Position numbers and translations under genes: made by a program. 64,000 bases of DNA from an uncultured Acidimicrobiales bacterium (GTDB lineage: Bacteria; Actinomycetota; Acidimicrobiia; Acidimicrobiales; UBA8190). The notes below the pieces were generated by a model, which was not told where the DNA came from, did not search any database, and worked only from the letters and a program-made list of their open reading frames with translations. This document shows, in pieces, positions 49,581 through 58,634 of the stretch. The stretch lies in assembly GCA_963768255.1 (NCBI GenBank), contig CAVYGX010000005.1, positions 35,094 through 99,093 of the forward strand. Reading direction: 5' to 3'. How positions within the stretch are numbered: position 1 is the first letter of the stretch; each line of letters starts with the position of its first letter.

Positions 49581-50342
49581 CCATGTCTCGGGTCTGGCCG
49601 GCAAATCGCCCACATTCGCCACCGAAGTCATGATCCATCCGCTCCTTATGACCCTGTGCGACACCATCCTCGGACCGTCGTGTGCCCGTTACCAGCTCAA
49701 TCTGGCCCACCTCCTGGAGCGTCTGCCCGGCGCCGGAGATCAGTTCTGGCATCAGGACGAGATCGTGTGGAACCTGGTGCCCGAGCCCAAGCCCGAGCTG
49801 CAGCTGGCCTCGGTGATCGCCCTGGTCGACTTCACAGCCGACAATGGTGCGACCCGCGTCTTTCCGGGAAGCCACCGATGGGAGGCAGGGCGCTACCCGA
49901 CCAACGACAAAGCGGTCGCCGCGGAGATGCCGGCCGGATCGGCGATCGTGTATCTCGGGTCGACATTCCATGGCGGAGGTGCCCACTGCGGCTCAGAGCC
50001 ACGTCGCGGCGTGCACCTTTCCCACACGTTGGGTTGGTTGCGCACTGAGGAGAACAACTACCTGGCCGTGCCGCCGGAACTGGCTTGCCGGCTGCCCCGA
50101 CAATGCCAGGAGGTGTTGGGCTACGCCGTGCACGATGCCATCGAGCGCGGCGGGGGCTACCTTGGCATGCTCGACCTCCGGGATCCGATCGAGCTGCTCC
50201 AGGAGGGCTGGCCGGGCGCGGCCCGGGGGGAGTGAGTCAGTCGTCGATCCCAGTCAACCTTCGACCACGCGCGTCCTTTCCCCGCTTACCACTCGGCTCC
50301 ACTATCCGGCCGAGGCGGCTGGTGGGTTTCGCGCTCCGCCTA

Positions 50343-50558
50343 TTACTCCCGCGCGTCAGCCTCCGTCACGTACTCCCAGTCCACATGACCGCGAAGCCTA
50401 TGAATGATGACCGGTTGATCCTTTGCCTTCGACAGCTCGCGGGCTCGGGTGTCAGCGGCACCATCGTCTGCGAACTCGGCGGCCTCTATCTCCTCACCAC
50501 TGGGGAGTGAGAATCGGTATTGATACGTTGGCCCGGGATTCGACGTGATGTCAGCCAT
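50343..50558 (-). CDS. Hypothetical small acidic protein (71 aa)
   Basis: MADITSNPGPTYQYRFSLPSGEEIEAAEFADDGAADTRARELSKAKDQPVIIHRLRGHVDWEYV.... ATG 50558 lies inside track ORF 50343-50666, in the lower-GC patch. No family recognised. Confidence 0.4.
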   Translation of the reverse strand: MADITSNPGPTYQYRFSLPSGEEIEAAEFADDGAADTRARELSKAKDQPVIIHRLRGHVDWEYVTEADARE

Positions 50559-50876
50559 AGAGACAGAGTATCTATCGCCAGCGCCTGACTTGGAACTCAC
50601 TCCGTCACTGACCGGTTCCGTCGAGGTGCCAGCCCGGTGGAGACCGGGGTGGAAACCCGGGTCCACTCACGGCGGCGACGGTAGTCGAACCGGCGTGTTG
50701 GACCGCGTTTGCACGGTTCTAAGCCTGCGGTATTGCCGGAACGATGATGTCCTGCCAGGGCCGCACGCCACGGCCGGAGGGGCGCTTAAATCCGGCGCGG
50801 GTGGCGCACAGCCCTCGATTAGGGATGCCCTGCGGTCATTGGTCGGTCCGACCAGAATCGGGTGTCGCTGAAGGGG

Positions 50877-51182
50877 TTACTCCCGCTTCAGCGAGATCGC
50901 TAAGTCGGGCTTCACGATGGACGCGACGTACCTTGGCCAAATCATGGCACCGTGACATCGAAAATTGATCCCTTCGCCCTCGGAGGCATCGAAAGAGTGA
51001 TCACGGCTCGAGTAACGACCTGCCCGAATTCGAAGCGTGTGGTGTCCGGGTTCCACGGGTATCTCGGTGCTCTCATGCCGTTCGAGGGAACCGACGCTGC
51101 TGCCATCGACGGAAATGTCGAATCGACCGCGCCGAAGCTCAATTCCGACGCCTTCTCGCGTCACCCTAAGCGTGGCTGGCAT
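50877..51182 (-). CDS. Hypothetical small beta-rich protein (101 aa)
   Basis: MPATLRVTREGVGIELRRGRFDISVDGSSVGSLERHESTEIPVEPGHHTLRIRAGRYSS... has coherent composition. No family recognised. Confidence 0.5.
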   Translation of the reverse strand: MPATLRVTREGVGIELRRGRFDISVDGSSVGSLERHESTEIPVEPGHHTLRIRAGRYSSRDHSFDASEGEGINFRCHGAMIWPRYVASIVKPDLAISLKRE

Positions 51183-51523
51183 GATGATCTCCTTCGCGTG
51201 AATCCTCTGCCGTCCTTGTCCAAACTGCCGACAGTCCTCTTCGCGTCATCTTCCTCTGCCCGTCACGAGATATTATGTTCGTGCGGACGCAGTCCCCGCG
51301 ATTCGTCGTTCCGTCCTGGTCCAAAGAGGCAAATCGCTCACCGTGTTGACAGTGCCGGCACCCGAACAGAAACACTCATTCGGGTGTAGATGGGAAGTCG
51401 CGTCAGACCGCTCGTCGATGTCGAGAATCGTGGGGTCGGAGGGGTCAAAACGACTGGATCGCTCTCAAATCCTCTCAGCTGGCGATACCGAGCGGGTCGG
51501 CCAAAGACCTACCGGCCGTCTCT

Positions 51524-52108
51524 TCAATCGTCAGGTGGTCCCTCGAGCAGAGCTCTGTCATTGGGTGGAATCCGCGCTAACAGCGGTTCGACGGTGGTTT
51601 GCAATTGAGACATCTCCGTCGTGAGCCTCTCACGGCTCGCTGAACTCAGAGCCGCCGCCGAAGATGCAGAGACGGTGCGAACCATCGAGACCGAGAAACG
51701 CTCCACCTGCTCCAAGAAGCGACGGGCTGCCGGATCGTCGAACAGGTTCGGGGACGCCGTCAGCAACATGCCCGCCAGAGTCCGTAGCTCGTCCGCTGCC
51801 ACGCTCGAGCGTGGCGTCTGCGCGTCGCTGCTCAAGATCGCTCTGCACGCGCGTCTGGCCTGGCCGAACACGATCAATCCCTGGACAGCCACCGAGACAG
51901 CGCGCTCACGACGCTGCCGTCGGGCAACCACGTCGTCGACGATCAGCCCAGCGACGGCGAGCACCAAGAGGTTAGACACGATAGATCCTGTCAGTGAGTG
52001 TCGGCCCCACCAGGCACCGAATCCTGCAATCCAGAGGTCGCTCGCAATCAACCCGAGGAGCGTCAGTGCTACAGCCGCGGCCGCCGCTCGGCGGAAGACA
52101 GGATTCAC
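51524..52108 (-). CDS. Hypothetical membrane protein (2-3 N-terminal TM helices plus a helical soluble domain)
   Basis: 194-aa ORF: AAAAAVALTLLGLIASDLWIAGFGAWW, IVSNLLVLAVAGLIVDDV. No family recognised. Confidence 0.55.
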   Translation of the reverse strand: MNPVFRRAAAAAVALTLLGLIASDLWIAGFGAWWGRHSLTGSIVSNLLVLAVAGLIVDDVVARRQRRERAVSVAVQGLIVFGQARRACRAILSSDAQTPRSSVAADELRTLAGMLLTASPNLFDDPAARRFLEQVERFSVSMVRTVSASSAAALSSASRERLTTEMSQLQTTVEPLLARIPPNDRALLEGPPDD

Positions 52109-52227
52109 CTGTGCATCGTCTCACACGACGGGATCTGCTTGCCTGACCCTAATTGCGCTCGGCTCGGCCACCGTGATCCTCGGCTCGAAACCCGAGCACA
52201 GCACCAGGCTGGCCGGTCGGAACTCGC

Positions 52228-53496
52228 TCAGTGTGCAGCAGACCCGAAGAAGTGTGCGTCGCCGAACGCAAAGACCCCGCCGTCCGCGCCAACAAGCCAG
52301 TAGCCATCACCGTCGGGAGTCGCTGCGATGCCGACGATGGGAGCCACTGGGACGATCCCGAGGCCAGGCAACGAGCCAAAGAACGGTGAAGGCGATACCA
52401 GCGCCTGCGTTGTCAGGACCTCCGGGGCGAACACCCCACCGTCGATGCCCACGAGCCACAGCCGTGCACCCATGACCGACGTTGCGATCCCACTGATCTG
52501 TGCCGAAGGTGTGACACCTCCGGGAAGGCTGATGTTCCCGTAGTCCTCATTGAGCGCGGCTGGATCACAAGGCTCATTCGTGGGAGGGAGGGAAAGGCCG
52601 AAGCCGAAGGTGCTGGCGACGTCGTAGCCCACGGAGCCGGGAACCGCGGCGATGCCGACGTCGGGTGCCGGTGCCTCGACATAGCCGGGAAGCACAGTGG
52701 CTCCGGCGGTGACGAGCAGAGGCGTACAGAACGGAGCATCACCGAAGGCGAACACTCCGCCATCGGCACCCATGAGCCAGTAGCCATTCCCGAAGTGCGC
52801 GGAGGCCATGCTCACGATGGGCGCCGTGGGGACGATGCCGAGGCCGGGAAGCGACCCCTCGAACCTGGCGTCACCGAGGGCGAACACCCCACCGTCGGCC
52901 GCCACGAGCCAGTACCCACCGCCGTCGGGAGTCGCGGCGATCCCCACGATGGGCGCTGCGGGGGCGATGCCGAGCCCGGGAAGCGACCCCTCGAACCTGG
53001 CGTCACCGAAGCTGTAGACGCCTCCATCCGACTGTGCCAACCAGTACCCGCCTCCGTCGGGCGTCGGCGCCATCGCCACGAACCGCCCCGGAGACGTGAC
53101 CGCCGCCGTGACGGTGAACGGCGCGGTGAAGGTGGTGAAAGCCGAGGGCGCCAACGCAGAGCAGCTCACGGCGAACTGATACCTACCGGGTTCCACCGGC
53201 GTGGCCGGCACCGTGCCCACGAAGCTCGGGACGAGGACGTGTTCGCTCCCGTTGCTGCCCGGGCCCACGGCGAGGCCGACGGCCGACTGTCCGACGGGTC
53301 GGAAGACGATCGATCCACAACCGGAGCTCTTCAGGCTCACGGTGATCTCGCTCCCGACGGCCCCTGAGCTGGGTTGCACAGAGAGCGCCGGCGAAACAGG
53401 GGTGGCAGCCGCGGAAGAGGGCATCGCAACCAGCGTCGCGAGCACCACCGATCCTAGGCAGGCGACACCCCTCTTGCGACGGAATCGCTTGGCCAC
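52228..53496 (-). CDS. Secreted repeat protein: signal peptide, Ig-like N-domain, and five copies of a PIVGIAATPDGGGYWLVxADGGVFxFGDAxFxGS-type blade (beta-propeller-like)
   Basis: The signal peptide is MAKRFRRKRGVACLGSVVLATLVAMPSSAAA. The repeated about 44-aa units are clearly visible in the translation. Confidence 0.8.
   Translation of the reverse strand: MAKRFRRKRGVACLGSVVLATLVAMPSSAAATPVSPALSVQPSSGAVGSEITVSLKSSGCGSIVFRPVGQSAVGLAVGPGSNGSEHVLVPSFVGTVPATPVEPGRYQFAVSCSALAPSAFTTFTAPFTVTAAVTSPGRFVAMAPTPDGGGYWLAQSDGGVYSFGDARFEGSLPGLGIAPAAPIVGIAATPDGGGYWLVAADGGVFALGDARFEGSLPGLGIVPTAPIVSMASAHFGNGYWLMGADGGVFAFGDAPFCTPLLVTAGATVLPGYVEAPAPDVGIAAVPGSVGYDVASTFGFGLSLPPTNEPCDPAALNEDYGNISLPGGVTPSAQISGIATSVMGARLWLVGIDGGVFAPEVLTTQALVSPSPFFGSLPGLGIVPVAPIVGIAATPDGDGYWLVGADGGVFAFGDAHFFGSAAH
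52834..53009. repeat. Near-identical 44-nt segments spaced 132 nt apart inside the repeat-protein gene
   Basis: 52834-52877 GATGCCGAGGCCGGGAAGCGACCCCTCGAACCTGGCGTCACCGA versus 52966-53009 GATGCCGAGCCCGGGAAGCGACCCCTCGAACCTGGCGTCACCGA. There is one mismatch by direct comparison. Confidence 0.8.
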
Positions 53497-53626
53497 GCAA
53501 CGATCATGGCACCGGCGGGCACACGCCCGCGGGCGGGTGCGGACGCCCCCGCCGGGACTAGCGCATCGGGTCTGAGGCTGTCAGGTGTCACCGCGTGCGA
53601 CCGGGGACGCCCGTCGTGCAGAGTTG

Positions 53627-53941
53627 TCACAGCTCAAAGCGGTAGAAGGGGTTCCAGAGCACGATCCCACGTTCGTCGGCCATGGCGGTGCCCTCTACCG
53701 TGCACTGCACCCCCTCCACCATGCCCGGGATGGAGCGCACGCCGCCGAACACGATGGAGAGCCGGCCGGTCCCGTCGTCGATGGCATAGACCTGCGCCGC
53801 GAACCCCCTCCACGTGCACTCCTGCGCGTCGACCACTTTGCCCGTGATCACCACACGGCGGCGCGCCCTGGCGTCGGCGATGCAACGGGCGACGGAACGC
53901 CCACCCCACGAGTCACCGGAGGTGGGTTCCCAGGCCTTCAC
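53627..53941 (-). CDS. OB-fold domain protein, translationally coupled to kdpC
   Basis: 104 aa: ...VVITGKVVDAQECTWRGFAAQVYAIDDGTGRLSIVFGGVRSIPGMVEGVQCTVEGTA.... The GTG start overlaps the kdpC stop (GTGA at 53938-53941). Confidence 0.75.
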   Translation of the reverse strand: MKAWEPTSGDSWGGRSVARCIADARARRRVVITGKVVDAQECTWRGFAAQVYAIDDGTGRLSIVFGGVRSIPGMVEGVQCTVEGTAMADERGIVLWNPFYRFEL

Positions 53942-54516
53942 CGGAGTTGGGCAAGCGCCTCGTTCAACTGCAAGACATCCACGAAGGGACTGCCGAGGAA
54001 GCCGAGCTGTCGGCCGTGGGTCTGGCGGGCGATGAGGCCCTGCAACGCCGAGGGAGAGATGCCCGTGGCACGGGCCACCATCGGGATCTGGACGGTGGCA
54101 TCGAGCGGGGTGATGTCGGGGTCATACCCGCTACCGGACGTGGTGACCAGGTCCGGGGTGGGGTTCACGCCCAGTTTGTGCCAGTAGGCGAGGAGGGCCT
54201 GGGTGTTGGCCAGCAGGACCTTGGACCGGGGCCCGAGGTTGGTTGCCGCCGACTCCCCGCTCCTGCCGTTGGCGACGAGGGGGTCGTCGCCCACGTTGGC
54301 ATAGGGACCGATGTCGTCGGGCCGGCCATGGAACCACTTGGGGCTCGACCAGTTCTGACCGATGAGCGTCGAGCCGTTGGCTCCGACAGAGCCGTCGGCC
54401 TGGTTCTTGAACAGCGCCTGGGCCACCCCGGTCCCCACGAAGGCGTAGACGAACCCGAAGAACACCGTGGTGATGACGACGAGGGCGACCGAGCGACGGA
54501 GGTTGGCGAGCAGCAT
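53938..54516 (-). CDS. kdpC: Potassium-transporting ATPase subunit C
   Basis: N-terminal TM, then ...GSTLIGQNW...FHGRPD..., ATNLGPRSK, and VTTSGSGYDPDITP. Confidence 0.9.
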   Translation of the reverse strand: MLLANLRRSVALVVITTVFFGFVYAFVGTGVAQALFKNQADGSVGANGSTLIGQNWSSPKWFHGRPDDIGPYANVGDDPLVANGRSGESAATNLGPRSKVLLANTQALLAYWHKLGVNPTPDLVTTSGSGYDPDITPLDATVQIPMVARATGISPSALQGLIARQTHGRQLGFLGSPFVDVLQLNEALAQLR

Positions 54517-54529
54517 CAGAAGGGCTCCA

Positions 54530-56664
54530 TCAGTAGGCGTGGAGGGCGACCAGGATGAGATCGATGAGCTTGATGAAGATGAAGGGGACGATGATGCCTC
54601 CGACTCCGTAGATCCACACGTTGCGGCGCAAGATGGCCGCCGACGAGGCGGCGCGAAACTTCACTCCTCGCAGCGCCAGCGGGATCAGGGCCACGATCAC
54701 CAGCGCGTTGAAGATCACCGCGGAGAGGACCGCGCTCTGGGCGCTGTGGAGCTTCATGATGTTGAGCGTGTTGAGCTGCGGGTAGGTGGCGACGAACAAG
54801 GCCGGGATGATGGCGAAGTACTTGGCCACGTCGTTGGCGATCGAGAACGTCGTCAACGAGCCACGCGTGATCAGCAGCTGCTTTCCGATCTCGACCACGT
54901 CGATGAGCTTGGTGGGATTGGAGTCGAGGTCGACCATGTTGCCGGCCTCTTTCGCCGCCGTGGTCCCGGTGTTCATGGCCACGCCCACGTCCGCCTGGGC
55001 CAGAGCGGGGGCGTCGTTGGTCCCGTCGCCGGTCATGGCGATGAGCTTCCCGCCCTCCTGCTCGGATCGGATGAGCGCCATCTTGGCCTCGGGGGTGGCC
55101 TCGGCCAGGAAGTCGTCCACACCTGCTTCCTGAGCGATGGCCGCCGCGGTCAGGGGGTTGTCCCCCGTGATCATGATCGTGCGGATGCCCATCTGGCGCA
55201 TCTCGTCGAACTTCTCCCGAATGCCCTGTTTCACCACGTCCTTCAGCTCGATGACGCCGAGGATCGTGCGTCCGTCGGCCACTGCCAAGGGCGTGGATCC
55301 GGCCCGGGACGTCCGCTCGACGATGGCACCCAGCTCAGTCGGCACCGTGCCGCCTTGTTCTTCGACCCAGTGCCGCACCGACTCCGCCGCGCCCTTGCGG
55401 ATGCGACGACCGTCGGTGTCGAGGCCCGACATCCGCGTGGTAGCCGAGAAGGGCACGAAGGTGTGGTCCTCGCCGAGATCGCGCTCGCGGATGTCGAAAC
55501 GTTCCTTGGCGAGCACCACGATCGAGCGACCTTCGGGGGTCTCGTCCGCGAGCGAGGCCAGCTGGGCGGCTTCGGCTAATTCCTCCTCGCTGTGACCACC
55601 GACCGGATAGAACGCCGAGGCCATGCGGTTGCCGAGGGTGATCGTGCCCGTCTTGTCGAGGAGCAGCGTCTGGACGTCACCGGCGGCTTCGACGGCCCGG
55701 CCGCTCATGGCCAGCACGTTGCGCTGGACCAGCCGGTCCATGCCCGCGATCCCGATGGCCGAGAGCAGCGCACCGATCGTCGTGGGGATCAGGCACACGA
55801 GCAGCGACACCAGGACGACGACCGACACCGTGGCGCCCGAGTAGTGCCCGAAGGGCTGCAGGACGACCACCACCGGCAAGAACACGATGGTGAGCACGGC
55901 CAGCAGGATGGTGAGAGCGATCTCGTTGGGGGTCTTCTGGCGGTTGGCCCCCTCCACCAGGGTGATCATGCGATCCAGGAAGGTCTTGCCCCGCTCCGCC
56001 GTGATGCGCACGACGATGCGGTCCGACAGCACCTTGGTCCCCCCCGTGACCGCGGAGCGGTCCCCCCGGACTCGCGGATGACTGGGGCCGATTCGCCGGT
56101 GATGGCCGACTCGTCGACCGAGGCCACGCCTTCCACGATCTCGCCGTCGGAGGGGATGGGGTCACCGGCCTCGCACACCACCAGGTCGCCCTTGGAGAGT
56201 TCCGCCGCTGGGACTAGCTCCTCGGTGCCGTCGGGGCGCAGGCGGCGAGCTTCGGTCTCCGAGCGCATCTTGCGCAGGGTGTCGGCCTGGGCCTTGCCCC
56301 GGCCCTCGGCCATGGCCTCGGCGAAGTTGGCGAAGAGCACGGTGAGGAACAGCCAGATGGTGATCGACCACGTGAAGATCCCTGGGTGGGCGATGGCCTC
56401 GACCAGGGTGATGACGCTGCCCACCAGCACAACGAACATGACCGGGTTCTTCACCTGGACGCGGGGGTCGAACTTCTTGACCGCGTCCACCAGGGCCTGG
56501 CGCAGGATCTGACCGTCGAAGAGGCTGCGGGCCTCGGCCACGCCGTGGGCGACGGTGGGGGTCACCGACACGGTCGGGGTGGGTGCGTTCGGTGTCACCG
56601 CGTCGTCTGTGGGAAGGCCGGGTGTGGCGTTCACGGAATCCTCGTTCGTGCCGGACGTGTCCAT
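54530..56664 (-). CDS. kdpB: Potassium-transporting P-type ATPase subunit B; reading frame disrupted at a C6 (minus-strand G6) run
   Basis: The N-terminal piece (frame of track ORF 55966-57480) is [10 protein letters not shown]...[18 protein letters not shown]. The C-terminal piece (54530-56032) is ...[13 protein letters not shown]...[13 protein letters not shown]...[18 protein letters not shown].... With a seventh G at 56062-56067 the junction reads [23 protein letters not shown], the canonical KdpB sequence. Confidence 0.9.
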
Positions 56665-58355
56665 CAGAAGAACTTCCCGTGACTCAACTGCTCGACGATC
56701 GGGCCCAGCGCTACGGCGGGGAAGAAGGTGAGGCCCCCGATGATCACGATCACGCCGATGAGGAGGCCCGTGAACATGGTGTTGTCGGTCCGGAACGTGC
56801 CGAGCGACTCGGGGACCACGCCCTTGGCGGCGAGAACCCCGCCCAGAGCCAGCGCCGGGATCATGATGCCGAAGCGGCCGATGAGCATGTCGACGGCACC
56901 GACGATGTTGTAGAAGTCGCTGTTCCCACTCAACCCTCCGAACGCCGACCCGTTGTTGTTGCCCTGCGAGGTGAGGGCGTAGAGGATCTCGGTGAAACCG
57001 TGCGGTGGCGCGTTCTCTGGGCCGGCTCTCCCGGCATGGATCGACACGGCGACGCCTACCACCACCAGCACGGTGATGGGCATCACGAGGACGCCCAGCC
57101 CGGCCAGCTTCACCTCGGTGGCTTGGATCTTCTTGCCCAGGTATTCCGGGGTGCGTCCGATCATCAGGCCACCGATGAACACGGCCACGATGGCGTCGAG
57201 GAGAATGGTGTAGAGGCCGCTCCCGGTTCCCCCTGGGGTCACCTCGCCCAGCATCATGCCGGTGAGTAGGCCCATGCCGCCCAGCGGGGTGAACGAGTCG
57301 TAGGAGCCGTCGGCCGACCCGGTCGAGGTGCTGGTGGAGGACACGCCGAACAGCCCGGTGGTGGCGACCCCGAAGCGCACCTCCTTGCCCTCGGTGTTGC
57401 CCTGGGCCTCGTAGGCCACTCCGGCGTGGGCCACGGCAGGGTTGGGCTGGGTCTCGGCGTAGCTGGTGAATCCCACCCACACGCCGAAGATGATCACCAT
57501 GGCCGCCAGCAGGGCGACACCGTGGCGGACGCTGCCCACCATCTTGCCGAAGGTGTAGGTCAGAGAGAAGGGGATGGAGAGCAAGAGGTACATCGACAGC
57601 CAGTTGGTCAGCGCCGTCGGGTTCTCAAAGGTCGTGGCCGAGTTCTGGTCCAGGAAACCGCCTCCGTTGGTGCCCAGCTGCTTGATGGCCTCCATGAAGG
57701 CGATGGGGCCGCGCGGGATGGTCTGGGACACGTTGTTGAGGGCGTCGTGGAAGGAGATCGGCCCCGCCAGGGTCATCACTCCGCCCTCGCCCACGAAGAT
57801 GATGCCGGCGACGAAGGCGATGGGCAGCAGGATGTAGAGCATGCAACGGGTGACGTCGACCCAGAAGTTTCCGATCGTGGCGGAATTGCGACGGGAGAAG
57901 CCCCGCACCATCGCGATGGCCACGGCGATGCCCACGGCCGGGCTCAACCACTGCTCCACCATGAGTCCGCCGATCTGGGAGAAGTACGACATGGTGGTCT
58001 CGCCGCCGTAGTTCTGCCAGTTCGTGTTGGTAACGAATGACGCCGCGGTGTTGAAGCTCAGCGGCGCCGATACGGCGTCGAGATGCTGGGGATTTAGCGG
58101 CAACGAGCCCTGGAGCCTGATGATCAGATAGGTCGCGCCAATGCACACGGCCGAGAAAATGACGAGGGAGCCTGCGTAGCGCTTCCAGGTCTGCTCGTGG
58201 TCGGGGCTGGTTCCGAGGGCCCGGTAGATGGGACGCTCCACCCACCCCAGGAAGTGCACGCGCCCGTCGAAGACGGCGGCCATGTACGACCCCAGGTAGC
58301 GCCAGGTGATCCCGAGGGCTATGACGAGGGTGGCGATCGTCCAGAAAAAGCCCAT
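56664..58355 (-). CDS. kdpA: Potassium-transporting ATPase subunit A
   Basis: 563-aa polytopic protein with typical KdpA blocks ([24 protein letters not shown]..., NNGSAFGG). The stop overlaps the kdpB ATG (TGATG). Confidence 0.95.
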   Translation of the reverse strand: MGFFWTIATLVIALGITWRYLGSYMAAVFDGRVHFLGWVERPIYRALGTSPDHEQTWKRYAGSLVIFSAVCIGATYLIIRLQGSLPLNPQHLDAVSAPLSFNTAASFVTNTNWQNYGGETTMSYFSQIGGLMVEQWLSPAVGIAVAIAMVRGFSRRNSATIGNFWVDVTRCMLYILLPIAFVAGIIFVGEGGVMTLAGPISFHDALNNVSQTIPRGPIAFMEAIKQLGTNGGGFLDQNSATTFENPTALTNWLSMYLLLSIPFSLTYTFGKMVGSVRHGVALLAAMVIIFGVWVGFTSYAETQPNPAVAHAGVAYEAQGNTEGKEVRFGVATTGLFGVSSTSTSTGSADGSYDSFTPLGGMGLLTGMMLGEVTPGGTGSGLYTILLDAIVAVFIGGLMIGRTPEYLGKKIQATEVKLAGLGVLVMPITVLVVVGVAVSIHAGRAGPENAPPHGFTEILYALTSQGNNNGSAFGGLSGNSDFYNIVGAVDMLIGRFGIMIPALALGGVLAAKGVVPESLGTFRTDNTMFTGLLIGVIVIIGGLTFFPAVALGPIVEQLSHGKFF

Positions 58356-58445
58356 CTAGAACCACTCAGGCTTGAACATGGCGATGCCCAAGTAGATGAA
58401 CACGGCGATGGAGACGGCCAGCAGGATGCCTTGAACGACGGTCAT
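58356..58445 (-). CDS. kdpF: Potassium-transporting ATPase subunit F (29 aa)
   Basis: Hand translation gives MTVVQGILLAVSIAVFIYLGIAMFKPEWF. The stop TAG abuts the kdpA ATG, and GGAG lies upstream. It resembles mycobacterial KdpF (...PEKF end) as I recall it. Confidence 0.8.
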   Translation of the reverse strand: MTVVQGILLAVSIAVFIYLGIAMFKPEWF

Positions 58446-58525
58446 ACCCGCTCCAGACACCAGATCAGCCCGAGCATCACGGCGGCGAAGATCACGATCC
58501 CGAGCACCGACAGGAAATCGACCAT
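58442..58525 (-). CDS. Candidate 27-aa hydrophobic micro-ORF overlapping the kdpF start (ATGA)
   Basis: Hand translation gives MVDFLSVLGIVIFAAVMLGLIWCLERV, a single TM-like helix. Its stop TGA overlaps the kdpF ATG. No clear SD. Confidence 0.3.
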   Translation of the reverse strand: MVDFLSVLGIVIFAAVMLGLIWCLERV

Positions 58526-58597
58526 GTCTCGATGATGTGCCGGAGTGCCATAACCACGCTGTGAACAACACCGCCTTGGGCATAAAAAATAGGTGAA

Positions 58598-58609
58598 CCG
58601 AAATTTCGG
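58598..58609. promoter_or_regulatory. Perfect 12-bp palindrome CCGAAATTTCGG in the kdp / TIGR03086-gene divergent promoter region
   Basis: Read directly from the sequence. An A6 tract (58584-58589) lies just beside it. Confidence 0.35.
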
Positions 58610-58634
58610 AATCCGAGCTAGCGCCAGGCACGAC

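Larger units (their letters stand above)
47827..50235 (+). pseudogene. Phytanoyl-CoA dioxygenase (PhyH)-family Fe(II)/2OG oxygenase gene interrupted by an IS element (fragments 47827-48050 and 49573-50235)
   Basis: The N-fragment is MSPAPDSRLQRV...VQFFHAQTR. The C-fragment is ...HVSGLAGKSPTFATEVMIHPLL...FWHQDE...NGATRVFPGSH...STFHGGG.... Deleting 48051-49580 (the IS plus one duplicated copy) joins them in frame as ...HAQTRHVSGLAGK.... Confidence 0.85.

Noticed and set aside
58526-58634. A c-di-AMP (ydaO/kimA-type) riboswitch upstream of kdp.
   Set aside because: The untranslated space available is only about 70-110 nt and is shared with a divergent gene. That is far shorter than this riboswitch class, and no long pseudo-symmetric helices are visible.
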